Below the pieces are notes generated by a model. It searched no databases and was not told the origin of the DNA. It worked only from the letters and a program-made list of their open reading frames with translations. The translations under genes and the position numbers were made by a program. Of a DNA stretch of 47,507 bases, positions 1-8,164 are shown piece after piece; within the stretch, counting starts at the first letter, position 1; each line of letters starts with the position of its first letter. Source of the stretch: Bacteriovoracaceae bacterium (lineage in GTDB: Bacteria > Bdellovibrionota > UBA1018); the NCBI GenBank assembly GCA_043759365.1, contig JAYVNB010000065.1:1-47507 (forward strand), read 5' to 3'.

Positions 1-604
1 GAACATAGCCGATGTTGTAGGTCGTACCCTCGGTCAGGTGGTCATCAGCATTGCACAGAAGCGCATCGTCGAAGTCTTCGTCGGCGCACTCCAGGAACGC
101 GAGCAAGCTGTTGAGGTAGTTGCCGGATTTCATAGCGGGGTCGAGGGCGCGGCGGTCATTGCGCAATCGCCCGGATACCCGCAGCTTCAGTCCCTTTTCG
201 AATTGGGCAGCCGAAGGCGGATCGAGCGGTTGCACGATGATGCTGAAAAGAGTGGGAGTGGTCAGGCAGTTCAAGCCAAAACCGATTTTTCCTTCGCCGC
301 GCGACACGATGATCCGGCAGTAAGCGTCGCGGTCCTTCATCCCGGGCAGTTTCTGGAACGCTTCGAAGGTCCTGTACATTTCCCGGCGGTAGGTCTCCGG
401 GGTTTGGGTCAGAACCATGCGACAGAGTCGGGCTGATTTCTCCAGGCGATCCAGATGCTCTTCCATATGGAGAAATACCCCGTGGTAAGAACGCACGACC
501 TCGTACAGACTGTCTCCGTAGAGGTAGGCCCGATCGAACACGCCGACTTTGGCCTCTTCGGGCTTGGAAATCGTTCCGTTGACGTTGACGACGGCGTTGC
601 TCAT
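1..604 (-). CDS. Class IV (fold-type IV) PLP aminotransferase of the branched-chain / D-amino-acid aminotransferase family. N-terminal part only; the gene runs off the left edge of the window.
   Basis: Absent from the ORF track because there is no stop inside the window. My own reverse-strand translation from the ATG at 602-604 gives MSNAVVNVNGTISKPEEAKVGVFDRAYLYGDSLYEVVRSY...IIVSRGEGKIGFG...DPAMKSGNYLNSLLAFLE...LTEGTTYNIGYV. The motifs FDRxxxYGDxxxE, KSGNYLxxxLA and EGxxxN are hallmarks of this family. Confidence 0.8.
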   Translation of the reverse strand, partial: MSNAVVNVNGTISKPEEAKVGVFDRAYLYGDSLYEVVRSYHGVFLHMEEHLDRLEKSARLCRMVLTQTPETYRREMYRTFEAFQKLPGMKDRDAYCRIIVSRGEGKIGFGLNCLTTPTLFSIIVQPLDPPSAAQFEKGLKLRVSGRLRNDRRALDPAMKSGNYLNSLLAFLECADEDFDDALLCNADDHLTEGTTYNIGYV

Positions 605-623
605 AAGGTTTAAGGTAGACTCA

Positions 624-1472
624 ATGCCTGCCGGAATGTCAAAAATTCTTCGTCGATCGGGGCCTGCGCGCGACGCGCTCAGATGCCTGGTGCTCGGTAT
701 GCTTTCGGCGTACCTGTCGACGCTCCTAGGAGGCTGCGCGACCGCCCCTCATTTTCAACCGAGCTTCCCAGTCGAGAAGTGCGGGAGTCTGGAAGAAGGC
801 CTTTTGCTCTGCGGCGAATATCGAGTTCAACCCGAGAGCAGTCGACCGATCTCGCTGCGCCCTTTCCTGGATTGCATCGACGATGCCGCCGCTTCCCATC
901 CGGGGCCGCGCGCCGAAGGGTTTCTCGTGTTTCGCGATGAGCTCCGTCAGAAATTCGAGAAGATCCGGGAAGAAGAGTGGTCGGCACCCCGAGCGGAACG
1001 ATTGGACGTCGCAGTGCATTCGGTCTTGCGGACACTTTGGCGAGGGTCGCGATTCGTGGGCCGGTTCAGCAAGCCCGAGCGAGCGGCAGTCCTGATGGAA
1101 TTTCCCCGGACTTCTCAAATCCTTAAAACCTCTCAGTGGGCGGTTGATCCGAAGCGCCCAGAGTCCTCCGGGGTCATGGATCCGGGACTCGAGAAACTCC
1201 GCGCCGGAGTGAATGCGTTCTCTCTACTTCAAAAAAATCGCCTCGAATTTCAACCCGAGCTCCGCCAGAGCCTGGAGAATCTGATCCAGGAGACGGAGTA
1301 TCTAGGCGCATTGTGGGAGGACCTTCTCTCGCTTCGAGCTCTCGGTGAGGCGAGCGAGCCGCGCCGCAAGCTGGAGGAACGGTACCGAACCCGTCTCGAG
1401 ATGGCGCGAAATCTACTGGAAAAGAATCGTATGAACCCGAAAACATCGGCCGAGGCACCCCTGAATGCTTGA
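624..1472 (+). CDS. Hypothetical lipoprotein; C-terminal half looks helical or coiled-coil.
   Basis: The track ORF 549..1472 is trimmed to the ATG at 624, which has an AAGGT Shine-Dalgarno-like motif 7 nt upstream (alternative ATG at 636). N-terminus MPAGMSKILRRSG...LSTLLGGCATAP carries a lipobox (LLGGC). The stop overlaps the hflX start by 8 nt (ATGCTTGA). I recognise no family. Confidence 0.6.
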   Translation: MPAGMSKILRRSGPARDALRCLVLGMLSAYLSTLLGGCATAPHFQPSFPVEKCGSLEEGLLLCGEYRVQPESSRPISLRPFLDCIDDAAASHPGPRAEGFLVFRDELRQKFEKIREEEWSAPRAERLDVAVHSVLRTLWRGSRFVGRFSKPERAAVLMEFPRTSQILKTSQWAVDPKRPESSGVMDPGLEKLRAGVNAFSLLQKNRLEFQPELRQSLENLIQETEYLGALWEDLLSLRALGEASEPRRKLEERYRTRLEMARNLLEKNRMNPKTSAEAPLNA

Positions 1473-2730
1473 ATCCACCGAATCCCTACTCCCGGCTCCG
1501 AAACCGGGAGAGATGCTCAAGGTCCTTTGTGTCGGCGAAGCCGAAGAGTCGATGGATGAACTCGATCGACTCCTTCAGACTTTGGGAGTGAAGCCTGCGG
1601 GACGCGTCATCATGACTTCCAGGACGGTCAGTCCCGCCACCTACGTGGGAAGCGGAAAGCTCGACCAGATCAAGCTTGAAATGGAAAAGACAGGCGCCAA
1701 AGCCGTGATCTTCGATGTCGAGCTTTCGCCGAACCAACTGCGGAACGTCGAAAAGATCCTTGCCCTTCCCGTCCTCGATCGACCCGGTGTCATCATTGAA
1801 ATCTTTTCGAGGCACGCGCGGACCAAGGAGTCCAAGACCCAGGTCGAGCTGGCCCGACTTCAATATCTCTACCCTCGTCTGGCCCACTTCTGGGATCACT
1901 TCGAGCGCCAAGGCGGCGGAGGGAGTGGTGGCCGAGGCATGGGCGAAAGGCAGATCGAAGTGGATCGACGTCTGGTCAAGGACCGGATCGGGATTCTTCG
2001 AGTGCGCCTGAAAGGCATCGAGAAGGAACGGCAGGTCCAACGTGCGGGTCGCAAGGACGTCCTGAAAGTGGCTTTGGTCGGGTACACCAATGCTGGAAAG
2101 TCGACGCTCCTGAACGCTTTGACCCAGAGCGAAGTACGAGCGGAGGACAAGCTTTTCGCAACCCTCGACTCGAGCGTCCGCACGCTCGACCCCAATAGTC
2201 ACCCACCGATCGTGGCCATTGATACGGTCGGCTTCATTCGCCGGCTCCCCCCTTCGCTCGTGGCCTCCTTTCGTTCTACGCTCGAGGAACTCCACCAGGC
2301 TGATCTGCTCTTGCACGTCGTGGATGCAAGCTCCGCTCAGGCCCGTGAGGAGCTCGAAGTGACTGAGGACATCCTGAAGGAGCTCGGAGTCGAGGAAAAG
2401 CCCCGGATCGTCGTCTTGAACAAGGCCGATCGTCTGACCACACCGGCTGCAAAGAACCAGGCGAGGCTCGTCGCCCCGGGTTCGATTTCGGTGTCGGCGA
2501 TCCAGGCTGAGGACGTCACTCGTCTCCGGGACCATATCCTGGATTACTTCCGCAAGAAGCTCGAACTCTGGGAAGTCATGATTCCCTACACGGAAAGTCG
2601 CCTTGAGTCCCAGCTTTATGCCCATGGCAGCGTGGAGACAGCGCGGCACTTGGAGAAGGGAACCTTTTATCGCGTAAGAATCGAAGAGGGGTGGGCCCGT
2701 AAGCTCGACCTCTCCCGTTACCGGCTGTAG
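1465..2730 (+). CDS. hflX: GTPase HflX
   Basis: 421 aa with G1 GYTNAGKST, G3 DTVGF and G4 NKAD. The HflX-type N-terminal domain is present (QVELARLQYLYPRL, GGGSGGRGMGERQIEVDRR). Confidence 0.93.
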   Translation: MLESTESLLPAPKPGEMLKVLCVGEAEESMDELDRLLQTLGVKPAGRVIMTSRTVSPATYVGSGKLDQIKLEMEKTGAKAVIFDVELSPNQLRNVEKILALPVLDRPGVIIEIFSRHARTKESKTQVELARLQYLYPRLAHFWDHFERQGGGGSGGRGMGERQIEVDRRLVKDRIGILRVRLKGIEKERQVQRAGRKDVLKVALVGYTNAGKSTLLNALTQSEVRAEDKLFATLDSSVRTLDPNSHPPIVAIDTVGFIRRLPPSLVASFRSTLEELHQADLLLHVVDASSAQAREELEVTEDILKELGVEEKPRIVVLNKADRLTTPAAKNQARLVAPGSISVSAIQAEDVTRLRDHILDYFRKKLELWEVMIPYTESRLESQLYAHGSVETARHLEKGTFYRVRIEEGWARKLDLSRYRL

Positions 2731-2731
2731 T

Positions 2732-4648
2732 ATGGTCGCGATGCTTCAATTCGCGTGGATCCTGTTGTTCGGAGCCGGCCTTGCCTCGGCGGCGCCTTCG
2801 CCCTCGAATCCTCCTCGAGAGCGGATGAGCGCCCATGCCTCCTCGGAAGTCGCGATCCGCTCAGAGTTCCAGATCGCGGATCAGCCTCTGACGACCGAGA
2901 CGTTCTGGAAGCTCCAGCCGCGGGAGCTCAATCCGCACCGAGCGCGCTGGTTACTTTCCCGCAAAGTGGAGCTGAGTGGAGTTCGGGCGGTCGCCGACCG
3001 AAAGCATGGCGGACGTTTCAAAGTGCAGGCGACGGGCCTGGTGTCGAGCAGTCTCCTGCACCTCCGCGGACCCGGGCCTTGGTTCCGGGATTTCATGGAG
3101 TTCGCTTGTGAACCCGAACCCAACGCCTGGTTCGCCACTCACGAGGGAAGTGAAGTCGCCGGGCGTGCGGCGGAAGACGCGTGGCAGAGCGTGCTTTCTT
3201 CGCGAAACCTCAAGCTGACGCTGCAACTGGAAAAAGTCGCCGAACCGAGTGCTGCCGAAGCCGTTGAATCCGCTCAGCGGGTTTTTGGCATTTGGCTCGC
3301 CGAATCCGAAAGTGAGTGGTGGGTCAAGGCCAAGAGTGCCGCCCGTCAGGCGGAATGGCGGTTCTATCTCGGCGAGGCTTCGCGCGGGGAGATCTGCAAA
3401 CCCGGGGAAGTGCGATCCCGAACCGCGACAATGCCGTCGCCGGCGCCCGAGTGGCCGGAGCTCATGCAGCGGCCTTCGATCGAGTCGTCGCGCCACGTCC
3501 TCGCCCGCTCGCCCGCCCGTAAATGGGGGGGGCTCTATTCGATCCGTCTTTCGGTGATTTTCGGCGATAAGACTTTGAGCGGTCAGTTTCTCGTCGACTC
3601 CGGATCGGCAGTCAGCGTGGTATCGCCCCTCTGGCTGAAGGCCCAGGGCATCAATCCGACTCTGGTCGAGGTACCCCAGGCGGTTCCTCAGCGAATCGTC
3701 TGGTCTGGCGGCAGCGGAGTGGCTCGGCGCGCCCAGGCCTTCCGGGTCTCCATCGCAGATTTCAAGCTCTCCTTCGCGGATTTTCTCCTGATGGAGACGG
3801 AGCTTTTCACCCCTCCTCAGTTTCTTTCCAGCTGTTGCGACGGAATCATCGGAGCCGACTTTCTTCGGCTCTACGCTGTCGAGTTCACTCCAGGGCCTCC
3901 GCCTGGGCTGACGCTCTATGACCGCGAAGGTTATAGCGAAGGCCAAGATGCGGCGTGGCTGGAGGTTGCAAGTCTCCCATCGGGTGAGCCCGTCAGCTCC
4001 AGCTGCATGATGAGTTCCGATACTGCCAGGATCGTCGGAGCGCGATGGGATACCGGAAGCGAAGCCGCTGTGGACATCCACCGGCCTTGGGAGCCGATGG
4101 CGCGAAAAGCTCAAAATCCCTGGAAACTGAGTTGTGGGAAGCTTGACCTAGCTGAACACATTCCGGTCAGTTATCCGGAAGCCAGGATGCTCGGCGAATC
4201 CAGGCCTCTTTCAGCGCGGATTCCGGGATTCAACGTCGGAATGGAAGTTCTGAGTCGGGGACCCTTCACTTTCGATCTCGCAAACGGGCGCCTTTGGTTG
4301 GATCGGGCCTCCCTCGCGAAGTCCATTCTCACCAATCGGTCGGGTCTTGATCTCGCCTACTCGTTCAATGAGGAGAACGACCGTGTGCTCCGGGTAAAGC
4401 GGATTCGTTCCGGAAGCCCGGCCGCGACGCAATTAGGAGTCGAGGGGCTGAAGGTGGGCATGCAAGTCCTTCAAATCGACGCCAAACCGACGGAGGAAAT
4501 CGACTCCTGGGAAATCGAGCGTCGACTCAGCGGGGCCTACGGGTCGACTGTGACCTTGCAATGGAAAAATAAAACGGGACTGAAGGTCGTTCCCCTGGAC
4601 CTTGCCGCTGGTTCTGTACCCAAGAAACCGACCCCGCGGGGTCGGTGA
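2732..4648 (+). CDS. Secreted protein with two retropepsin-like aspartyl-protease motifs and a C-terminal PDZ-like domain.
   Basis: Signal peptide MVAMLQFAWILLFGAGLASAAPS. FLVDSGSAVSVVSPLWLKAQGI (D-S-G) and ARWDTGSEAAVDI (D-T-G) resemble bacterial Asp_protease_2 domains. The C-terminus VLRVKRIRSGSPAATQLGVEGLKVGMQVLQIDAKPT is PDZ-like. The gene starts 1 nt after the hflX stop. Confidence 0.7.
   Translation: MVAMLQFAWILLFGAGLASAAPSPSNPPRERMSAHASSEVAIRSEFQIADQPLTTETFWKLQPRELNPHRARWLLSRKVELSGVRAVADRKHGGRFKVQATGLVSSSLLHLRGPGPWFRDFMEFACEPEPNAWFATHEGSEVAGRAAEDAWQSVLSSRNLKLTLQLEKVAEPSAAEAVESAQRVFGIWLAESESEWWVKAKSAARQAEWRFYLGEASRGEICKPGEVRSRTATMPSPAPEWPELMQRPSIESSRHVLARSPARKWGGLYSIRLSVIFGDKTLSGQFLVDSGSAVSVVSPLWLKAQGINPTLVEVPQAVPQRIVWSGGSGVARRAQAFRVSIADFKLSFADFLLMETELFTPPQFLSSCCDGIIGADFLRLYAVEFTPGPPPGLTLYDREGYSEGQDAAWLEVASLPSGEPVSSSCMMSSDTARIVGARWDTGSEAAVDIHRPWEPMARKAQNPWKLSCGKLDLAEHIPVSYPEARMLGESRPLSARIPGFNVGMEVLSRGPFTFDLANGRLWLDRASLAKSILTNRSGLDLAYSFNEENDRVLRVKRIRSGSPAATQLGVEGLKVGMQVLQIDAKPTEEIDSWEIERRLSGAYGSTVTLQWKNKTGLKVVPLDLAAGSVPKKPTPRGR
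4627..4646. repeat. Perfect 20-bp palindrome ACCGACCCCGCGGGGTCGGT spanning the last codons and the first base of the stop codon (4646-4648) of the preceding CDS.
   Basis: Read directly: the sequence equals its own reverse complement. No U-tract follows on either strand. Confidence 0.9.
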
Positions 4649-4829
4649 TCCGAAGTAACCTCAATGGTGCCCAAGCTGTCGTGGGGAGGGCACTTGCAGC
4701 AAATTGAAAGAACCTTAGGTGGTCTATCGCCCAGTCACCGACCGCTGACCGTGGAGCCTGCGTTGCAGTCTGTTTAACCTGGACACCCATTCAAGCGACT
4801 TTTAGAGAGATCTGAGGGATTGGATACGC

Positions 4830-6551
4830 ATGGCCACTCGCTTTTCTAACCATCGGACGGCACTTTTGGAGGGAGGGGTACTTGCCCTATTGACGCTCCT
4901 TTGCGTCGGCATTCACTTTCCCTTGATTCAGGTAGGCCTGAACTACGCCCATTCGGACAACGTGGCGGTTTTTCTCTCAGCCAACGAGTTTCGTGTTGGC
5001 AAGTGGAGCGCGTTTCCCTTGAGCATGCAGTATGGGGGAGTTTTCCTCACCGTCATTCGGGCGGTTTTCCTATCCATTTGGGAGGGTCTTTCAGGGGCTC
5101 CGAAGGCCTTTGTCTCCGGTCAGAAGGCATTCGACTTCGTGGTCAATCCCGTTTTTTTTGTGTGGGCATCCTATTTCCTAGTGCGAGCCTACTGCTCCCG
5201 AGTTGCCGCGGCATGCGTCGGACTACTTGCTGCCATTGGCTTCCAGTACTGGATCTATCTTTGTGGTTGGGACTCGGGCTTCGGGTTTTTACTTCAGGGA
5301 ATGGTGTTGCTCATTTGGCGCGCTCGCTTGAGGAGCCCATTTTTCGACCTTTCTCATCGGATGGTATTCGTCGCAGGCTTGATCTCCGGCTTTCTTGTCT
5401 ATACCCAACGTTCGGGTGTGCTTTTCGTCTTCGCCTTTTTCCTTCCCGGGCCTGAGACGTGGTCTGAGTTTAAGCGTCTTCTCCAGCCTCAGGACCGCCT
5501 GGAGCGGGGGTTAATCTTCCTCGCACTCGTCCTTCTGGGGCTTTTTTTCTACCTCGAGTTTCTGGGTCCGGAGGTTGGCCGGCTGAACGCGAAACTCGTC
5601 AAGATTCACGCGACCCCAAATCTTCAATACGCCTTCGCTCTATTCGTTTCCGTGTTCCTTAAGCGACGATGGAAAGAGGTCTGCAGGCCGGAAGTTCTCA
5701 AGCGACTCTCTCTTCTCGGGGCAGGCGTTATCCTGGGGTTTCTTCCCGAGGTGGTTCATGTTTTTTACGAGAGTCATCCTCTAGCCAGAACAGGTGGAGT
5801 GCATGCTGGGAATAGCTTACCGGGCATGTTGAGGGCACTCGGAGAGGCGCCCGGCGCGATCCTCGAGCTTTTTTCTGCAGGTGTAGTGACTCGCAACTTA
5901 GAGACGCAGTACCTGCTCCCAGTGTCGCTCGCGAGAAACGCTACGAATCTCGTAGTGCTCTTAGGCCTGGGAGCGGTGGTTCGCGCAGCAATCAGGAGGG
6001 ATCGAACATTGGAGGTCGTCTACGTCTTGGCGGTCGTCGCGCTCTTAGCTCACGCCAAAGTTGACGGTCCTCCGCGATACTTGTTTCCAATCATCCCCGT
6101 TGTCCTCATCGGAATTGGCCGTTGTTACGATGCCGCTAGGACTCGATGGGCGTTTGCGGGGCTGCTCCTGGTCTTGACGATTGTACATGGGGTGCTTCAG
6201 GTTCAAGCCAAGTCAGCCTTTATTCGCGACGCGATGGCGAGTGGGCGGGAACGAGAGATTTTTGAAGTCGTCGAGGCATTTCGGGAATTCAAGGTTCCCG
6301 TTGTTTTTTCGGACGATTATTGGGAGTCGCTTCAGTATGCGTTCGCGAGCCAGCGAAGCCCATCGTTCACTAGTGGTGATTTAATGGTTCTCTACCCGGA
6401 GTTGGAATTGGCTTTGAAGACGGACCGTATCGGGTTCTTGCTTCGAAAAGGGGTGAGAACCGAGGGTATTTACCTAGGAAAGCACTGGGTCCTCAGTCAT
6501 TTAAAGGACGTCCGAGACCGCTCCCTCTACGTCGGAGTCCATTCTCCGTGA
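4830..6551 (+). CDS. Polytopic inner-membrane protein, possibly a GT-C / ArnT-PMT-like glycosyltransferase.
   Basis: 573 aa with more than 10 hydrophobic segments in the first 470 residues or so, followed by a soluble C-terminal domain. This is the general architecture of GT-C (family 39/83-like) enzymes. The family assignment is weak and rests on architecture only. Confidence 0.65.
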   Translation: MATRFSNHRTALLEGGVLALLTLLCVGIHFPLIQVGLNYAHSDNVAVFLSANEFRVGKWSAFPLSMQYGGVFLTVIRAVFLSIWEGLSGAPKAFVSGQKAFDFVVNPVFFVWASYFLVRAYCSRVAAACVGLLAAIGFQYWIYLCGWDSGFGFLLQGMVLLIWRARLRSPFFDLSHRMVFVAGLISGFLVYTQRSGVLFVFAFFLPGPETWSEFKRLLQPQDRLERGLIFLALVLLGLFFYLEFLGPEVGRLNAKLVKIHATPNLQYAFALFVSVFLKRRWKEVCRPEVLKRLSLLGAGVILGFLPEVVHVFYESHPLARTGGVHAGNSLPGMLRALGEAPGAILELFSAGVVTRNLETQYLLPVSLARNATNLVVLLGLGAVVRAAIRRDRTLEVVYVLAVVALLAHAKVDGPPRYLFPIIPVVLIGIGRCYDAARTRWAFAGLLLVLTIVHGVLQVQAKSAFIRDAMASGREREIFEVVEAFREFKVPVVFSDDYWESLQYAFASQRSPSFTSGDLMVLYPELELALKTDRIGFLLRKGVRTEGIYLGKHWVLSHLKDVRDRSLYVGVHSP

Positions 6552-6595
6552 CCGGGGTGGTTGACCCAGATTCCTCCGGACGCGTTCAAAGCGAT

Positions 6596-7549
6596 TCAGC
6601 TTTCAGAAGTGGTGAACACTCGCTCTAAGCCCCAGACTTCATTTTCCCGGCGAGCCACAGCGATCAGCTTACGCTCGCAATAAACAGCGAGGCATCCCAA
6701 CTGACCTTCAGGAGCAGCGGCTTCCGCGCGCCGAAGGATGTTGAAGAGCACGTTTTGCCGACCTTGGATCAGCGCCAGCGCTTCCTCGGGAGTCGCCTGA
6801 GCCTTGCTCATCCCGTCGAGGAGGCGGTCGAAGGGAATCCATGCTTTCAGCTCATTCCAAGGAGAGTAGATTTCACCCAGCTTCAAGCTGTTTTCGATAC
6901 GCAGGTTCGAAGTCATCGTGCGTTCAAGTGTGTCCAGCATCGCAACAGTTCCCAACAGGCGACCGAGATCTTGGGCCAGAACGCGGATGTAGGTGCCTGA
7001 ACTGCAGATCACGCGGAAATAAGCGCGCGGAGCGGTGTATTCGGTGATCTCGAATTCGAAAAGCTGGCAGGACTTGGCCTCGCGCTCGATCTCGATCCCT
7101 TGTCGGGCCAATTCATAAAGGGGTTTGCCGTCCACCTTTTTGGCGGAGTGCATGGGAGGAGTCTGGAGGTAAGGCTGAAGGGTCAGGCTGTGGGCCATCG
7201 CCCGGATCTCATCAATGGATTGAGGGAGGCGATCGGAGCTCTCGGTGATCGGGGACGTGGGGTCGCCGGGTACGGTGGTTTCGCCAAATCGGATCCATCC
7301 CCGGTACTCTTTCTTGGCGCCCAAAAAGTATCGGGCGAGTTTCACTCCGCGGCCGACGCAAACGGGAAGAAGGCCCGTGGCGAAGGGGTCGAGGGTGCCG
7401 CCGTGGCCCATCTTGGGCATGTCCTTGCGCTTGACTCCAAATTCCACCCGAAGGAGGTTCTGGAGCTTCTCGATCACGCCGAACGAGCTGACGCCGTCCT
7501 CTTTGTGAACGAGAAGCGCTCCGTTCCACTGGGAGAAGTCAGGGTTCAT
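6596..7549 (-). CDS. truB: tRNA pseudouridine(55) synthase TruB
   Basis: GHGGTLDPFATGLLPVCVG catalytic-Asp motif. 317 aa with a PUA-like C-terminus. Conserved position after rbfA. Confidence 0.93.
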   Translation of the reverse strand: MNPDFSQWNGALLVHKEDGVSSFGVIEKLQNLLRVEFGVKRKDMPKMGHGGTLDPFATGLLPVCVGRGVKLARYFLGAKKEYRGWIRFGETTVPGDPTSPITESSDRLPQSIDEIRAMAHSLTLQPYLQTPPMHSAKKVDGKPLYELARQGIEIEREAKSCQLFEFEITEYTAPRAYFRVICSSGTYIRVLAQDLGRLLGTVAMLDTLERTMTSNLRIENSLKLGEIYSPWNELKAWIPFDRLLDGMSKAQATPEEALALIQGRQNVLFNILRRAEAAAPEGQLGCLAVYCERKLIAVARRENEVWGLERVFTTSES

Positions 7550-7556
7550 CCCGTCC

Positions 7557-7961
7557 TCAGTCCGATGCTTTCTCGTCTTCCAGTTTTTTGAGAAGCTCGT
7601 GGACCCGATTCGAGTTCTCGAGACCTCGGTCCTCCTTGAAAACGAGGGACGGGATGTGCCGGATGGTCAGAACCTTCGCCAAATGTTTGCGCATGTAGGG
7701 CGAAGCCGAGCGAAGGCCTTCGAGGCAGTCCTTCATCCGGAGTTTGGCGCCCTGCTCGGAAAGAGGGGGTGCGCCGTCGTTGCCCCCCTGGGCTCCGCCG
7801 AGAATCTGGATCAGGACGGTCGCTTGGTCGCCGTCCTGCGTCACTTCAACTGAAGTGATGGTGATCGAGGGAATCCGGGGATCCTTCACTTCGCGCGGAA
7901 CGAAGCGCGAAAGCTCTTCCTGGACAACGGCTTGGAGGCGGAGACGACGGGTTTCTTGCAT
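7557..7961 (-). CDS. rbfA: Ribosome-binding factor A
   Basis: 134 aa. RLQAVVQEELSRFVPREVKDPRIPSITITSVEVTQDGDQATV is typical RbfA. Conserved position after infB. Confidence 0.9.
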   Translation of the reverse strand: MQETRRLRLQAVVQEELSRFVPREVKDPRIPSITITSVEVTQDGDQATVLIQILGGAQGGNDGAPPLSEQGAKLRMKDCLEGLRSASPYMRKHLAKVLTIRHIPSLVFKEDRGLENSNRVHELLKKLEDEKASD

Positions 7962-8057
7962 AAATTTACGACAACTTCCAAATTCGAAAAAAACGTCTGA
8001 GTTCTAAAGGATCCGGAGGGTCTTAAGGACTGGACAACCAAGACATAAGCCAGCGGA

Positions 8058-8156
8058 TTTTGACCGCGAACGAGGAGGTCGAGCTGGGAAAAACCGGAGC
8101 GTACTCAGGTACGTGAGGATTTTTCCCAACTCGGCTGACGAAGTTCCCGGTCAAAA
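8058..8156 (-). other. Nested imperfect palindrome (about 100 nt potential RNA structure) in the infB-rbfA spacer.
   Basis: Outer arms TTTTGACCG (8058-8066) and CGGTCAAAA (8148-8156). Middle arms GAGCTGGGAAAAA (8081-8093) and TTTTTCCCAACTC (8120-8132), with one G-U position. Inner arms GTACT/CGTAC-type 5-bp stem around 8099-8114. No U-tract follows on the transcribed (-) strand. Confidence 0.55.
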
Positions 8157-8164
8157 GGCGCGGC

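Noticed and set aside
38-436. 132-aa + strand ORF at the left edge of the window.
   Set aside because: It lies antisense to a clearly recognisable class IV aminotransferase reading frame that the ORF track could not list because it is open-ended.
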